Shown: in pieces, positions 30,294 to 40,600 of the stretch | Numbering within the stretch: position 1 is the stretch's first letter | How the letters are laid out: each line of letters begins with the position of its first letter | Assembly: GCA_012729095.1 (NCBI GenBank) | Contig: JAAYDU010000008.1 | Location: 12,252 to 76,251, forward strand | Origin: Methanobacteriota archaeon | GTDB lineage: Archaea; Thermoplasmatota; Thermoplasmata; Methanomassiliicoccales; UBA472 | Direction: 5' to 3' | Length of the DNA: 64,000 bases | The notes under the pieces: generated by a model | What the model was told of the DNA's origin: nothing | Database searches by the model: none | Seen by the model: the letters and a program-made list of their open reading frames with translations, nothing else | Made by a program: the position numbers and the translations under genes

Positions 30294-30635
30294 TCACAGG
30301 TTGCGAAGGAAACGGTTCCCCTGGTCGACAAGCACCACCTTTGACGGGATGGGCTTGTCTGTCAGTTCGAACGCCATGATTATGACCTTGTCGCCCGTGC
30401 CTACCAAGTGGGCGGCCGCGCCGTTCACGCTTATCACGCCCGATCCCCTTTTTCCGGGAACTGCATAGGTCTCGAAGCGCGCGGCGTTGTCCACGTCCGA
30501 GACGAGCACCTTCTCCCCAGGCCAGATGTCTGCCCTCTCCAGAAGGTCCTGGTCTATGACGATGCTGCCCACGTAGTCCGGCTCGGTGGCCGTGACCGTG
30601 GCCCGGTGAATCTTGCCCCTCAGGAGCTGCCGCAT
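30294..30635 (-). CDS. panD: Pyruvoyl-dependent aspartate 1-decarboxylase
   Basis: KIHRATVT, Y.GS self-cleavage site, RFETY, NGAAA. Confidence 0.92.
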   Translation of the reverse strand: MRQLLRGKIHRATVTATEPDYVGSIVIDQDLLERADIWPGEKVLVSDVDNAARFETYAVPGKRGSGVISVNGAAAHLVGTGDKVIIMAFELTDKPIPSKVVLVDQGNRFLRNL

Positions 30636-30707
30636 GGAATCGTGCAGGATTACCCTCATATTGAAGCTTTCCCCGACACCCGCACTTGTGGTACCACGAG
30701 CGTGGCG

Positions 30708-31496
30708 TCAGTGGCCGTTGGAGCAGGAACCGATTATCTTCACCGCCAGTGCCTTGAGCGCTCCGTCGTATTCCAGGACGGCGTTTATGTTGAACACCGT
30801 GCGCATGCTCTCCGGCGTGAGCACGTCATGAGGGGTCCCCAGCGCGTGCACCTTATGGTCGTGGATGAGGACCATTCGGTCACAGTACTTCACCACCATA
30901 GGAAGGTCGTGGGAGACTATGACCACGGTCAGCCCCTCCTCCTTCGACAGGCGCTTGACAAGGTCCAGCACCTCGAACTGGTGGTTTATGTCCAGGTGCA
31001 GCGTGGGCTCGTCCAGGAGTATGACCTCGGGCCTCTGGGCCAGGGCACGGGCGATTATGACCCTCTGCCTCTCGCCCCCGCTCATGTTGTTTATGAGACG
31101 GTCGGCGAACTCCTTGATGTTGGTCTTTTCCATCGCCTCCTCGACGATGCGCGTGTCATCGCCGGACTCGCCTTGGAAGCGGTCCAGGAATGGCATCCGG
31201 CCCATGCTCACGATGTCACGGACGGTGAAGGCGAAGCGTATCTCGTTGCTCTGCGGCACCACCGCTATCTGCCTGGCGATACTCCGTTTGGACATGCCCT
31301 CCAGGTCCGCGCCCTCCATGAGCACCCGGCCCTTCTGCGGTTTGAGGTTTCGGTTAAGTAGCTTGAGCAAGGTGGTCTTCCCGCACCCGTTGGGACCGAG
31401 GATGCCGATTATTTCCCCTTTCCTAACCTCGATGTTCACGTCCTTCAGCACCGGCTTCTCCCGGTAGGAGAAGCTTATTCCTTCGACCGTAAGCAT
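30708..31496 (-). CDS. Metal-chelate/corrinoid ABC importer ATPase (FepC/BtuD-like)
   Basis: GPNGCGKTT, MSGGERQR, LDEPT.HLD. Confidence 0.9.
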   Translation of the reverse strand: MLTVEGISFSYREKPVLKDVNIEVRKGEIIGILGPNGCGKTTLLKLLNRNLKPQKGRVLMEGADLEGMSKRSIARQIAVVPQSNEIRFAFTVRDIVSMGRMPFLDRFQGESGDDTRIVEEAMEKTNIKEFADRLINNMSGGERQRVIIARALAQRPEVILLDEPTLHLDINHQFEVLDLVKRLSKEEGLTVVIVSHDLPMVVKYCDRMVLIHDHKVHALGTPHDVLTPESMRTVFNINAVLEYDGALKALAVKIIGSCSNGH

Positions 31497-32521
31497 CAGT
31501 CCCACCCCACTTCGCTACGCCTTCTGCGCAGCAGGTAGATGAAGTACGGAGCGCCGATGAGCGCGGTTATTATACCTATGGGCAGGATGCCGATGCTCGG
31601 CGCTATGGTCCTGGATATGTAATCGCACATCATCAGGAAGGCCGCCCCACCCACTATGGACGCGGGAAGCAGTACCCGGTTGTCCGGCCCCATGAGTATG
31701 CGCAGAATGTGCGGCACCACCAACCCCACGAACCCGATGACGCCGACGAAGGCCACGGCGGCGGCGGTGACCAGGGCGGAGGCGACCAGCAGCTGTAGGC
31801 GGACCTTCCTGACCTCCACGCCCAGGTCCAGGGCATGGGCGTCGCCGAGCATCATGGCGTTGAGGTCCCGGGAGCTCGATACCATTATCAGGCCACCGGC
31901 GAAGATGAGGGGGGCGACGATCATAATGTTCTCCCACTTGGCATTTGTCAGGTTCCCCATGGTCCAGTACACTATACCGGCCATCTGATCTCCCGCTATG
32001 TAGGTCAGCAAGGATACCAGTGCGGAAAGCATGGCCCCAACGGCGATACCTGCCAGCAGAAGCGTTTCCGTGGGAACGCGACCCCCCACGCTGGATATGT
32101 TGTACACCAGGAACAGGGTGGCCATGCAGGAGGCGAAGGCCAGGAGCGGCACGAACAGCATCTGGGGGATCCAGGTCACGGCGAAGGTCAGGGCGACCGC
32201 CGCCCCCAGGGACGCTCCGGACGAGAGGCCGAGGATATAGGGAGAGGCCATGGGGTTGCGGAACAGCGCCTGCATTACCGCCCCGGCTATGCCCAGGCCA
32301 GCCCCCACCAGGATGGCCATGATCACCCGGGGCATGTTCATTCTCCAGATTATGATCTGATCCGTCTCCGTGCCCATGCCCAGCAGGGCCCAGAAGGCCT
32401 CTTCGAAGGTCAATGGTATAAAGGCCTGGGCCAGGTCCAGGACCATGAACACGAACAAGATGAGGAACAGCCCCGCTAGGACCGCGGTTGTACGTCTTTT
32501 TCGCTTGGCGACGCTGTCCAT
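31496..32521 (-). CDS. FecCD/BtuC-family permease
   Basis: QALFRNPMASPYILG, FVGLVVPH, PIGIITALIGAPYF. Confidence 0.92.
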   Translation of the reverse strand: MDSVAKRKRRTTAVLAGLFLILFVFMVLDLAQAFIPLTFEEAFWALLGMGTETDQIIIWRMNMPRVIMAILVGAGLGIAGAVMQALFRNPMASPYILGLSSGASLGAAVALTFAVTWIPQMLFVPLLAFASCMATLFLVYNISSVGGRVPTETLLLAGIAVGAMLSALVSLLTYIAGDQMAGIVYWTMGNLTNAKWENIMIVAPLIFAGGLIMVSSSRDLNAMMLGDAHALDLGVEVRKVRLQLLVASALVTAAAVAFVGVIGFVGLVVPHILRILMGPDNRVLLPASIVGGAAFLMMCDYISRTIAPSIGILPIGIITALIGAPYFIYLLRRRRSEVGWD

Positions 32522-32578
32522 GTAACCTCACCTCAAAGGAAGGAACGTTAAAATGGTTTGCGAGGAAGGAGGGAGCCC

Positions 32579-34573
32579 CTAATCCTTCTTCCTCATGAGC
32601 AACACCATGGCGATCGCTAGCACTACAACCACGATGCCCACCACGGCATAGACCATGATGTTGTCGCCCCCATCATCCTCTCCGGTGTTCCCCGCATCCA
32701 GCGGCAGCTCTCCCTCGAAGTAGTCGGGATAGAACAGGCAGGCCACCGTCCACAGCCCTTCGGTGGCGTCGGGGCAATAGGAGTTCCAGGACTTGTTCAG
32801 CTTGTAGACGGTGATGTCATCGTTCCCCACGTCGCTGGAGAACTCCTCCGCCGTGCCCTCGTAATATCCGTCCAGAAGGATGAACTCGGGATCGAGCTGC
32901 AGCAGTGCGGTGAAGTCCACGGAGTACCTGTTCGCCTCTATGGAATCGTCCCGGGCCAAGTTGACACCGCCAGCGAAGGTGATGAAGTCCACGGTGACCA
33001 GGCCTGTGTTGCCAATGTACATCACGTCACCGCTGTAGCTCACATAGACCGCGCTGACCTTGTCCTCGGAGTCCGTGATGCCCATGTCGACCAGGGTATC
33101 GGCTATGTACTGCTTGACGAACACCATGTGTCCAGAGACGCTGTGGTTCGTTCCGGTCAGGAACTCGATGTCCTCCACCACCTGGACGATCCCGTCGTAG
33201 GAGTTGGGGTAGAAGGTGACCACGTGGAAGCCGTACCCCTCAAGTTCCGCCCAGACGGTGGATAGGAAAGAATACCCATAGCCGATGACGACATCGCTGC
33301 TCTTGTTCCATTTTCCGTTGTCCACCAGATCGAGCATGGTCTGCACCACCATGTCCTTGTTGGAGGAACTGACGGTTACGAACTTGTCGGCAGGAATGCC
33401 CTCCATCTCGGGTATGTTACTCTTGTTGAACTCGGAACCTGCGTCGAACAGCACCGCCTTGTCCAGCATCCCTATGTCCACCAATGTGTTTGTGGCGAAC
33501 GCGCCGAAGGACGCCACATGTACCGCCGGAGCGGTAAGGTTGGTGGTGACCCCTCGCGAGTCGGTGACGGATATTGGCCCGATGACGGGCTGGCCTTCGA
33601 TTGGGACCTCCCCCTCGAAGTAGTCGGGATAGAACAGGCAGGCCACCGTCCACAGCCCTTCGGTGGCGTCGGGGCAATAGGAGTTCCAGGACCTGTTCAG
33701 CTTGTAGACGGTGATGTCATCGTCCATGATCATCGCCGAGAAGTCCTCGGCCGTTCCGCTGTAGTACCCGTCAACCAGCACATATTCCGGGCTGATCTGC
33801 AGGATGGCGGTGAAGTCGGCGGAGTAGGTGGGGGACGTCTTGTTGGCATCCTCGGCCACGTTGATGCCTCCAGCATATCTTATGAAGTCCACGGTCACCG
33901 AGCCGTTGTTGCCCAGCTTGAGGACCTCGCTGCTGTAGCTGGCGTAGATCGCGGTCACGAACTCGGACTGTTCGTCGACCCCGTTCATGCTCAGTGTCTC
34001 CGCTATGTACCCTTTGACGAACTCCATCCAATCCGAGACATCGTGAGAGGCGCCCATGACCGTCTCGATGTCCTCCACCACCTGGACTATGCCGTCATAG
34101 GATTTGGGATAGAATGTGATGACCTTGAAGTCCAGGCCTTCCAGTTCCGTCCAGGTCGGGGACAGGTAGGAGTATCCGTACCCGAAGATCACGTCGGTGC
34201 TCTTGTTCCATATGCCGTCATCCACCAGGTCCAGCATCCTCTGGACAACGACATCCTTGTTGGCGCTGCTGACGGTGATGAACTCATCGGCCGACCTGCC
34301 CTGCATCTCAGGGATGGCGCTCTTGTTGAACTCCGAAGTGGCGTCGAACAGCACCGCCTTGTCCAGCATCCCTATGTCCACCAATGTGTTTGTGGCGAAC
34401 GCGCCGAAGGACGCCACATGTACCGCCGGAGCTGTAAGGTTGGTGGTGACCCCTCGCGAGTCGGTGACGGATATCGTCGCGTCGTTCGTCGAATCTCCTT
34501 GCGTGAAGGCAGGCACCGCGATGGTCAGCAAGGCAATGACCATCAACGTTACGATCGCTCGTTGGAATCTCAT
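32579..34573 (-). CDS. ABC substrate-binding protein with two tandem binding domains and a C-terminal membrane anchor
   Basis: Signal peptide, two ~300-aa copies each starting ISVTDSRG, C-terminal TM plus RKK. Confidence 0.85.
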   Translation of the reverse strand: MRFQRAIVTLMVIALLTIAVPAFTQGDSTNDATISVTDSRGVTTNLTAPAVHVASFGAFATNTLVDIGMLDKAVLFDATSEFNKSAIPEMQGRSADEFITVSSANKDVVVQRMLDLVDDGIWNKSTDVIFGYGYSYLSPTWTELEGLDFKVITFYPKSYDGIVQVVEDIETVMGASHDVSDWMEFVKGYIAETLSMNGVDEQSEFVTAIYASYSSEVLKLGNNGSVTVDFIRYAGGINVAEDANKTSPTYSADFTAILQISPEYVLVDGYYSGTAEDFSAMIMDDDITVYKLNRSWNSYCPDATEGLWTVACLFYPDYFEGEVPIEGQPVIGPISVTDSRGVTTNLTAPAVHVASFGAFATNTLVDIGMLDKAVLFDAGSEFNKSNIPEMEGIPADKFVTVSSSNKDMVVQTMLDLVDNGKWNKSSDVVIGYGYSFLSTVWAELEGYGFHVVTFYPNSYDGIVQVVEDIEFLTGTNHSVSGHMVFVKQYIADTLVDMGITDSEDKVSAVYVSYSGDVMYIGNTGLVTVDFITFAGGVNLARDDSIEANRYSVDFTALLQLDPEFILLDGYYEGTAEEFSSDVGNDDITVYKLNKSWNSYCPDATEGLWTVACLFYPDYFEGELPLDAGNTGEDDGGDNIMVYAVVGIVVVVLAIAMVLLMRKKD
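32712..34474. repeat. 900-bp tandem duplication with near-identical ends
   Basis: 32712-32823 vs 33612-33723 (112 bp, 1 mismatch) and 33441-33574 vs 34341-34474 (134 bp, 1 mismatch); interiors are diverged. Confidence 0.93.
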
Positions 34574-34601
34574 GGTTGCACCTTTTACTTGGGCGTCATC
34601 T

Positions 34602-34629
34602 GTAATACCATGTCGGTATAAATTATTAT
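34602..34629. promoter_or_regulatory. Candidate NikR-like operator GTAATA-N16-TATTAT over the transporter TATA box
   Basis: Half-sites 34602-34607 and 34624-34629, 16-nt spacer containing minus-strand TTTATA. Confidence 0.45.
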
Positions 34630-34766
34630 CTTGTTCGTAACACTGATGGAAAAACGGTCAGGCGACAGCAGCGACAGCGCCAGGGGGCGGCAGGCACCAG
34701 CACTATGGCCTACATCGGGAAAGCGCATGAAAGGGAATTATATCAAGTCGCCCTTTCGATTTCAAC

Positions 34767-35096
34767 ATGGCTTCCAGAGTGAGGGTGGTCGCCCCGATCT
34801 GTTCCCATGACATATGGATCACCGCGGAGATGGAGGGCGAGGACCGCCTCAATGTCCGCATAGAGTCCGATTGCTCCAACGTTATGGACTACGCAGAGAG
34901 GCTGGGTACGGTGACCATGGACGATATTAGCGAGATGCGCGGGTCCCGGATCCTGACGGAGGCCGAGGGAGGGGTCCTGACCCCGACATGCCTGGTCCCC
35001 ATTGCCGTGTTCAACGTCTGCTGGGTGGAGGCGGGGATGATATCCAAGCGCCTGGCCATCAAAGAGGGGCAGATATCCATTCAATTCATCGATTGA
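34767..35096 (+). CDS. Small Cys-containing hypothetical protein (DUF6951-like)
   Basis: PIC.H, IESDC, PTCLVP...VEAG. Confidence 0.6.
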   Translation: MASRVRVVAPICSHDIWITAEMEGEDRLNVRIESDCSNVMDYAERLGTVTMDDISEMRGSRILTEAEGGVLTPTCLVPIAVFNVCWVEAGMISKRLAIKEGQISIQFID

Positions 35097-35158
35097 GCCG
35101 GGAAAAGTTATTTGGTCTTCATAGTTCCTAAAGATGGAAGGTCGATGGAAAGGATCCG

Positions 35159-36238
35159 ATGTGCGGTACCACTGCCTTCTTCTACAACGATGACCTGCTC
35201 AGGTATCAGTTCGGGCCCGAACATCCCTATCAGCCCATAAGGTTCCAGCTGATCAGGGACACCCTTAGGGAGATGAGCGTGTTCGATGGCCGCCTGGAGT
35301 ATGTCGAACCACCTTCAGCCACCGAGGGGGACCTCTACGAGGTGCATGACCGCTCGCTCATCGAGAGCGTGAAGGAGATGAGCGCGGCCGGTTCCGGCTA
35401 TCTTGACATGGGCGACACGCCGGTCATGCACGGCCTTTACGAGGGAGCACTGGCCGCGGTCGGGGCCACCCTCCATGGGGCAGAGAGCATCGCCCGGGGA
35501 GAGTTCGATCATATCATGACCCCTGGCGGAGGGCTCCACCATGCCAGACGGGACAGGGCGGCGGGTTTCAGCGTGTTCAACGACCTGGCCATCGCGGCCA
35601 GGCGGTTGCAGCGCAGGTATGGTTACGAGCGCATCGCCATCGTGGACATCGACGGCCATCATGGGGACGGCACCCAATCTATATTCAACGGCGAGAAGAT
35701 ACTGACCGTCTCATTCCATCGTTTCGGGGCGGGGTTCTACCCTGGTACGGGGGCGGTCACAGATATCGGAGAGGGGGATGGAGAGGGGTATGCCGTGAAC
35801 GTCCCCCTGCCCCGCTGCACCCCTGACGAGGTGTACGTTCCCACGTACGAAAAAGTGCTCTCCGCCGCCCTGGACGCCTATCATCCGGAGATCATCATAC
35901 ATCAGTTCGGCACGGACGCCCACTACAGCGACCAGATGGTGGGCATGGGGTTGACCACCAGGACCTACGAGAAGGTGGCGGAGATAACCCATCGCCTGGC
36001 GCACGAGCATTGCGACGGTCGTTACCTGGTAACCGGAGGAGGGGGATACTCGGTGGACGCGACACGGCGCATCTGGAGCATAGCGGTTTGCACGGTCTCC
36101 GGCTCCTTCCCCCTGAACCCGGAGGGGATGCATCTCATGCGGGACTCCGGGCTGAACCGCAAGTGGAAGGTGCAGCAGGAGGAGTTCCATAAGAGACTGG
36201 ACTATCTGTACGATGAGGTCATTCCGAAGATCCGCTGA
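35159..36238 (+). CDS. Zn-dependent deacetylase, HDAC/AcuC family
   Basis: FGPEHP, GGGLHHA, GF..FND, DIDGHHGDG, FYPGTG, GGGGY. Confidence 0.92.
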   Translation: MCGTTAFFYNDDLLRYQFGPEHPYQPIRFQLIRDTLREMSVFDGRLEYVEPPSATEGDLYEVHDRSLIESVKEMSAAGSGYLDMGDTPVMHGLYEGALAAVGATLHGAESIARGEFDHIMTPGGGLHHARRDRAAGFSVFNDLAIAARRLQRRYGYERIAIVDIDGHHGDGTQSIFNGEKILTVSFHRFGAGFYPGTGAVTDIGEGDGEGYAVNVPLPRCTPDEVYVPTYEKVLSAALDAYHPEIIIHQFGTDAHYSDQMVGMGLTTRTYEKVAEITHRLAHEHCDGRYLVTGGGGYSVDATRRIWSIAVCTVSGSFPLNPEGMHLMRDSGLNRKWKVQQEEFHKRLDYLYDEVIPKIR

Positions 36239-36857
36239 GCTCCTTCATCCTGATTATCCAATCCAGGCATGCCCTTCCCCGTTCCGTGAGCCTGAGCATG
36301 GGCGCCCCAACCCCTTCATCCAGCCTGATAAGGTCCATCCGCTTCATTCGCCTGAGCATCGATGGAAGGGGGTCTCCCTTGCCCTTCGCTCGAACGTCCT
36401 TCAAGGGCACGGGCCATCGCTGGCATACCAGGAACTCTGCCAAATCCCCGGGGAGGGCCTCGCGCACGCCCATGGCCGCCAGCAGGGGGAACCTCCTGAT
36501 ACCTGACTCGAAACAGCAAAGCTCGGCCCCGGTGGATAGGGCGGCCAACGTGGCGGCGTCGCTCAGCAGCTTCCTTCCCCCGGTAATGTCCACCCTCACC
36601 CTCCATCCCCTGTCCTTGTGTTCCTGCACCTTGCGCTCGATGAGCATGGCGGAACCGGTAAGGTCCAACGGGTCAAGCGACAGCACCTCATGGCTTATGC
36701 CCAGCCTCCGCAGCAGGGTCATGACTGGGCCCCTCTCGTCAAGGGAGATGTCGGTCACCAGGACCATGTGATGATGGGGCAGCGAGCGCATCCCCGGCAC
36801 TATCTCCCCGACCTCGTCGCCGAGCGTGCTGACCAGCAGGTCCTTCCGTTCCGCCAT
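36219..36857 (-). CDS. CARF plus winged-HTH protein (Csa3-like), diverged
   Basis: LLVSTLG, VDITGGRKLLS, C-terminal wing LRLTERG. Confidence 0.7.
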   Translation of the reverse strand: MAERKDLLVSTLGDEVGEIVPGMRSLPHHHMVLVTDISLDERGPVMTLLRRLGISHEVLSLDPLDLTGSAMLIERKVQEHKDRGWRVRVDITGGRKLLSDAATLAALSTGAELCCFESGIRRFPLLAAMGVREALPGDLAEFLVCQRWPVPLKDVRAKGKGDPLPSMLRRMKRMDLIRLDEGVGAPMLRLTERGRACLDWIIRMKELSGSSE

Positions 36858-37501
36858 CAATCCAGCCCCAGCATCAGCTCCAAGGCGTCGTCGACGGTCA
36901 CCATCTTCTTCCTGCGGTCCAGGGGGTCCTCGACGAGCCGTACGATGTTATTGACCTCGAGCATCTGAATATGATGGTTGATGGTGGCCTTGTGCTTGCC
37001 CATACCCTGGGCCAGCTCCACCTGGGTCATGGGATGCTCGCGGTTCTTCCATATGAACGTCAGTATCTCCTTCTGCGCAGGGGTGAGGAGCTGGGAGTAA
37101 TCCACCCTGAGCAGGGGCAGCGGGATCTCCCGGTAGGTCTCATCATGAACGTAGACTGAATTGAGACCTTCCATGGCGCATACCAGCAGCGCGGCGGCGC
37201 TCATCATCTTGGTGCCCCCGGCGATGTTGAACACGGCGATCTCATCGCCGCCCTTTCTCAGTTTTTGCACCTGAGAGCGCATGGCCTTGGCGGCCTGGAG
37301 CAGGTCGAAGGCGTCCGGGATTGCCACCCGGTCGATGTGTACGCCCATGACAGAGCACACGCCCCTGATCTCGGCCAAGGCCTGAAGGGCGCGGGGATGG
37401 TCATTGCAGAACACCACCACCTGGTCCACTGAGGGAGTGGACTCTAGCGTCGGTAAAAGCGATTTCGCCCGAAAGCCCAGGGTGCCAAGTATTGCGACCA
37501 T
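36857..37501 (-). CDS. CARF plus MarR/ArsR-type HTH regulator (Csa3-like)
   Basis: ILGTLGF, FNIAGGTKMMS, TQVELA...KATINHHIQML, DRRKK. Confidence 0.8.
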   Translation of the reverse strand: MVAILGTLGFRAKSLLPTLESTPSVDQVVVFCNDHPRALQALAEIRGVCSVMGVHIDRVAIPDAFDLLQAAKAMRSQVQKLRKGGDEIAVFNIAGGTKMMSAAALLVCAMEGLNSVYVHDETYREIPLPLLRVDYSQLLTPAQKEILTFIWKNREHPMTQVELAQGMGKHKATINHHIQMLEVNNIVRLVEDPLDRRKKMVTVDDALELMLGLD

Positions 37502-37551
37502 GCCTTATCGTCTCATCATGGTTCGAATCATTTATCTTGATTGCTTAATAC

Positions 37552-37572
37552 GGTATTATATTTCATAATACC
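37552..37572. promoter_or_regulatory. Perfect inverted repeat GGTATTAT-N5-ATAATACC between divergent genes
   Basis: 37552-37559 and 37565-37572; an extra TAATAC half-site at 37546-37551. Confidence 0.6.
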
Positions 37573-37643
37573 ATATTCTTTGAAAACGAGGCGAATCTGA
37601 TTAAATATGAAGGGAACTCTATCATCAATCACCGGGTTCGCCG

Positions 37644-40600
37644 ATGATCGCCCACAGATGCTCTCGCATGTTGTCAGTGATATTTCTGACGGCCTTCATT
37701 ATAATCCCTGCCTTCCAAGCTCCGGCCACCGCAATGGGGATGGAACTGTCGGTCACCTATGAATACGACTTTCCGGAACCTTTCATCTACCCGAGCGGTC
37801 CAGATCGCTTGTTTGGCGTAACCGGGCTGGACCTTGACAGCAGGGGCGGTGTTCCGGCCCTTCCGATGCGCAGCGTGTTCCTGGCCGTGCCCCCGGGACA
37901 TCGGTTGATCGACGTAGAGGTGCGGTGCTTCCTGCAAAGGACCATCGGTTTCACGGACAGTTATCCCACCAACCCAACAGAGATCGCTTTGAACGGCGAA
38001 CGCTCCTTCAGCCATGAATACGAACCGATATCGTGGGAGGTATCCGGCCGTCACGTCCTGGAGGGCGTGGAGGTAGTGGGTATCAACCTTAGACCGTTGT
38101 GCTGGGACGAGAGAACGGGAGCCCTGTCATTCGTCGGACGGTACTCTGTGACCTTGGTATACGAGGAGAGCAGTATCGATTTTCTTGGGGACGTTGACCG
38201 GGTCAGGGACCTGGTGGACAACCCGCAGGCGGTGCCTGACCTGTCCAGTTTCACAACCTCTAGCGTGCTGCCGGTCGGAGATTACGACCACCTGATAATC
38301 ACCAGCCGTGACCTGTCCGCACCGTTCCAGGAACTGGCCCATTGGAAGGGTGAGAGAGAAGACCTCGGTTCCGCCCAGGATAACATACGCAGTACGGTGG
38401 TGGCTCTGGAGGACATACTTGAAGATGATCGATTCTGGGGTATCCCCAGTGCCCACGCGGGTACGGGAAACGACACCCAGACGATCATACGAAATTTCAT
38501 AATCACCGCCCATCAGGAGTGGGGGGTGCAGTACGTCCTCATCGGAGGGGATGACGACATAGTTCCCGCGCGCATGGTCAAGGCACCCTATGATGACAAC
38601 CAAATCGATGAGCTTACTGCGGACATCTACTTCTCGGGACTGGACGGGGACTGGGACAGCGATGGAGATGGCGTTTACGGCGAGCCGGGTAGCGTGTACG
38701 TCGCTGATGAGGCCGATCTGCTGGCGGAGGTATTCGTTGGAAGGGCCACCGTATCTACCGTGAAGCAGGCCTGGAACTTCGTGAACAAGACCATCGCTTA
38801 CGAGAGGGGGCATTCCAATCAGTACGGTGATGATATTCTGCTCATCGGTGAGCTTTTGGACAGTGCCACACAGACCTACGGAGATGATTACATGGAAGAG
38901 GTGTGGGACCTGGTGCTGGCGGACGAGGGGCTTGACCGCTCCACGCTGTACGCTAGGGATGGCACCTTCTCCGGAAGCGCCGTGCTGGCGGCCATGGGCT
39001 CGGGCGTGCACGTGATCAATCACATGGGACATGGAAACTTCGAGTCCATGACCGAACTGGACAACGAGGACGTCAGAGGATTGCAGAACGAGCTTCCCTT
39101 CATAGTGTACACCCAGGCCTGCAACGTAGCGGGCTTCGATGAAAAGGAGGACCGGCCAGGTGATTGCATAGCGGAGGAGTTCATCCAAGGAGAGGGAGGC
39201 GCTGTGGCATTCATCGGCAATTCGCGATACGGTTGGTACGTGAAGGGAAGCACGGACGGGTCCTCCCAGAAGTTCGACATCTCATTCTTTGGCCAGGTCT
39301 ACGATCATGATGTCACGGACCTGGGACGGGCCCTCTCCTATTCCAAGGAGGAACATGCCAACCTGGCCTTTTCCGCGGGAACCGTCCGCTGGGTATATCT
39401 GGAGCAAAACCTCCTGGGAGATCCGGAGACCCGGGTGCACCTTCCAGGGAGCGATCTGCACGACCTGGCCGTGCAGGGCATGGACGTCGGGCGTGCCATA
39501 CTGGACGAGCCATGCCCTATCGAAGTGTGGGTGCGGAACCTGGGTCATTCGGACCAGGTGGGAAAGCTTGTTCTCGAGGCCGATGGAGAGGAGGTCGACA
39601 ACAGGACCTTCTCTCTTGGCATGGGAGAGGACATGACAATCCTCTTGGAATGGACACCTCTGGAGCACAGGGTGTCCAATATAACCGCGCGCGTGATCTG
39701 TGCGGCGGACCAGAGACCCGGGAACGATGGGAGGGAGGTGCGCAGCATGGTAGACCGGCGCATCGTTAGCGACGAGAGCTGGACCGGGAACGTTACCTTG
39801 CCGGGGGGATTGCTTGTAGACCCCCTGGTCACCGTGAACGTGAGCGATTGCGAGATAGCTTTACAGCCTTCCGACCTTCCGTACCACATCAGCGTGCTGG
39901 GTGCTCTATCGCTCAACGGCAGCACTTTTCAAGGCTCCCCGTTCTCCATAGGCTCGGACGGAGGGCGCCTTGAGCTCAGGAACGGTCGCCTCCTCGGAAT
40001 GTCGTCCACTTGCCCGAGCACCTTTGCCGGGGGCTCGCTGTACATGCGGGACATGGAGATCGTCGGCGGTGCCGGGTGGCTCTTGAACGGCACTTCCGTG
40101 GACGCTCTCAACGTTACCCTGACGGGGCAGTCCGGGGAATGGCTGATGTCGGACTCAGCGGTCTACTTGGACCGACTATTCGGTCAGGGTGGGGACGGGT
40201 TACGGCTCCTGGGCGCTACCGGGGCGGTCACCTCGTCCTCGTGGACGGGGGGTTCATCGGGGATCTCCATAGACAGCTGCGTTGGAATGGTACTGCGCGA
40301 TCTCGTTCTGAACGGGAACGGAATGGACATGGACATATGCGGGGACCTGCCCTCCCATTTCATGCATGAGGTGGAAAACGTAAGCCTGACCTACGGCCCC
40401 CTCATGATGATGCAAGGACTGAACAACGCAACGGTTGAGGAGGTCAGCGGCTCGCTGTACCTTATCGGATGCCACGATATGATCGTAAGGAATTCGCGGT
40501 TCGGCAACTCCGGAAGCGGACTGACCCTGGTCAACAGTTCGAACGTGGAGATGCTGGGCAACGCCTTTGAGAACTGCACTATCGGCATAAGAGCCGTGGA

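Noticed and set aside
34640..34745. Cobalamin or other riboswitch; GCGACAGC tandem repeat
   Set aside because: The transporter TATA is only ~45 nt from its start, leaving no long leader. No B12-box was seen, and the repeat is only two short copies.
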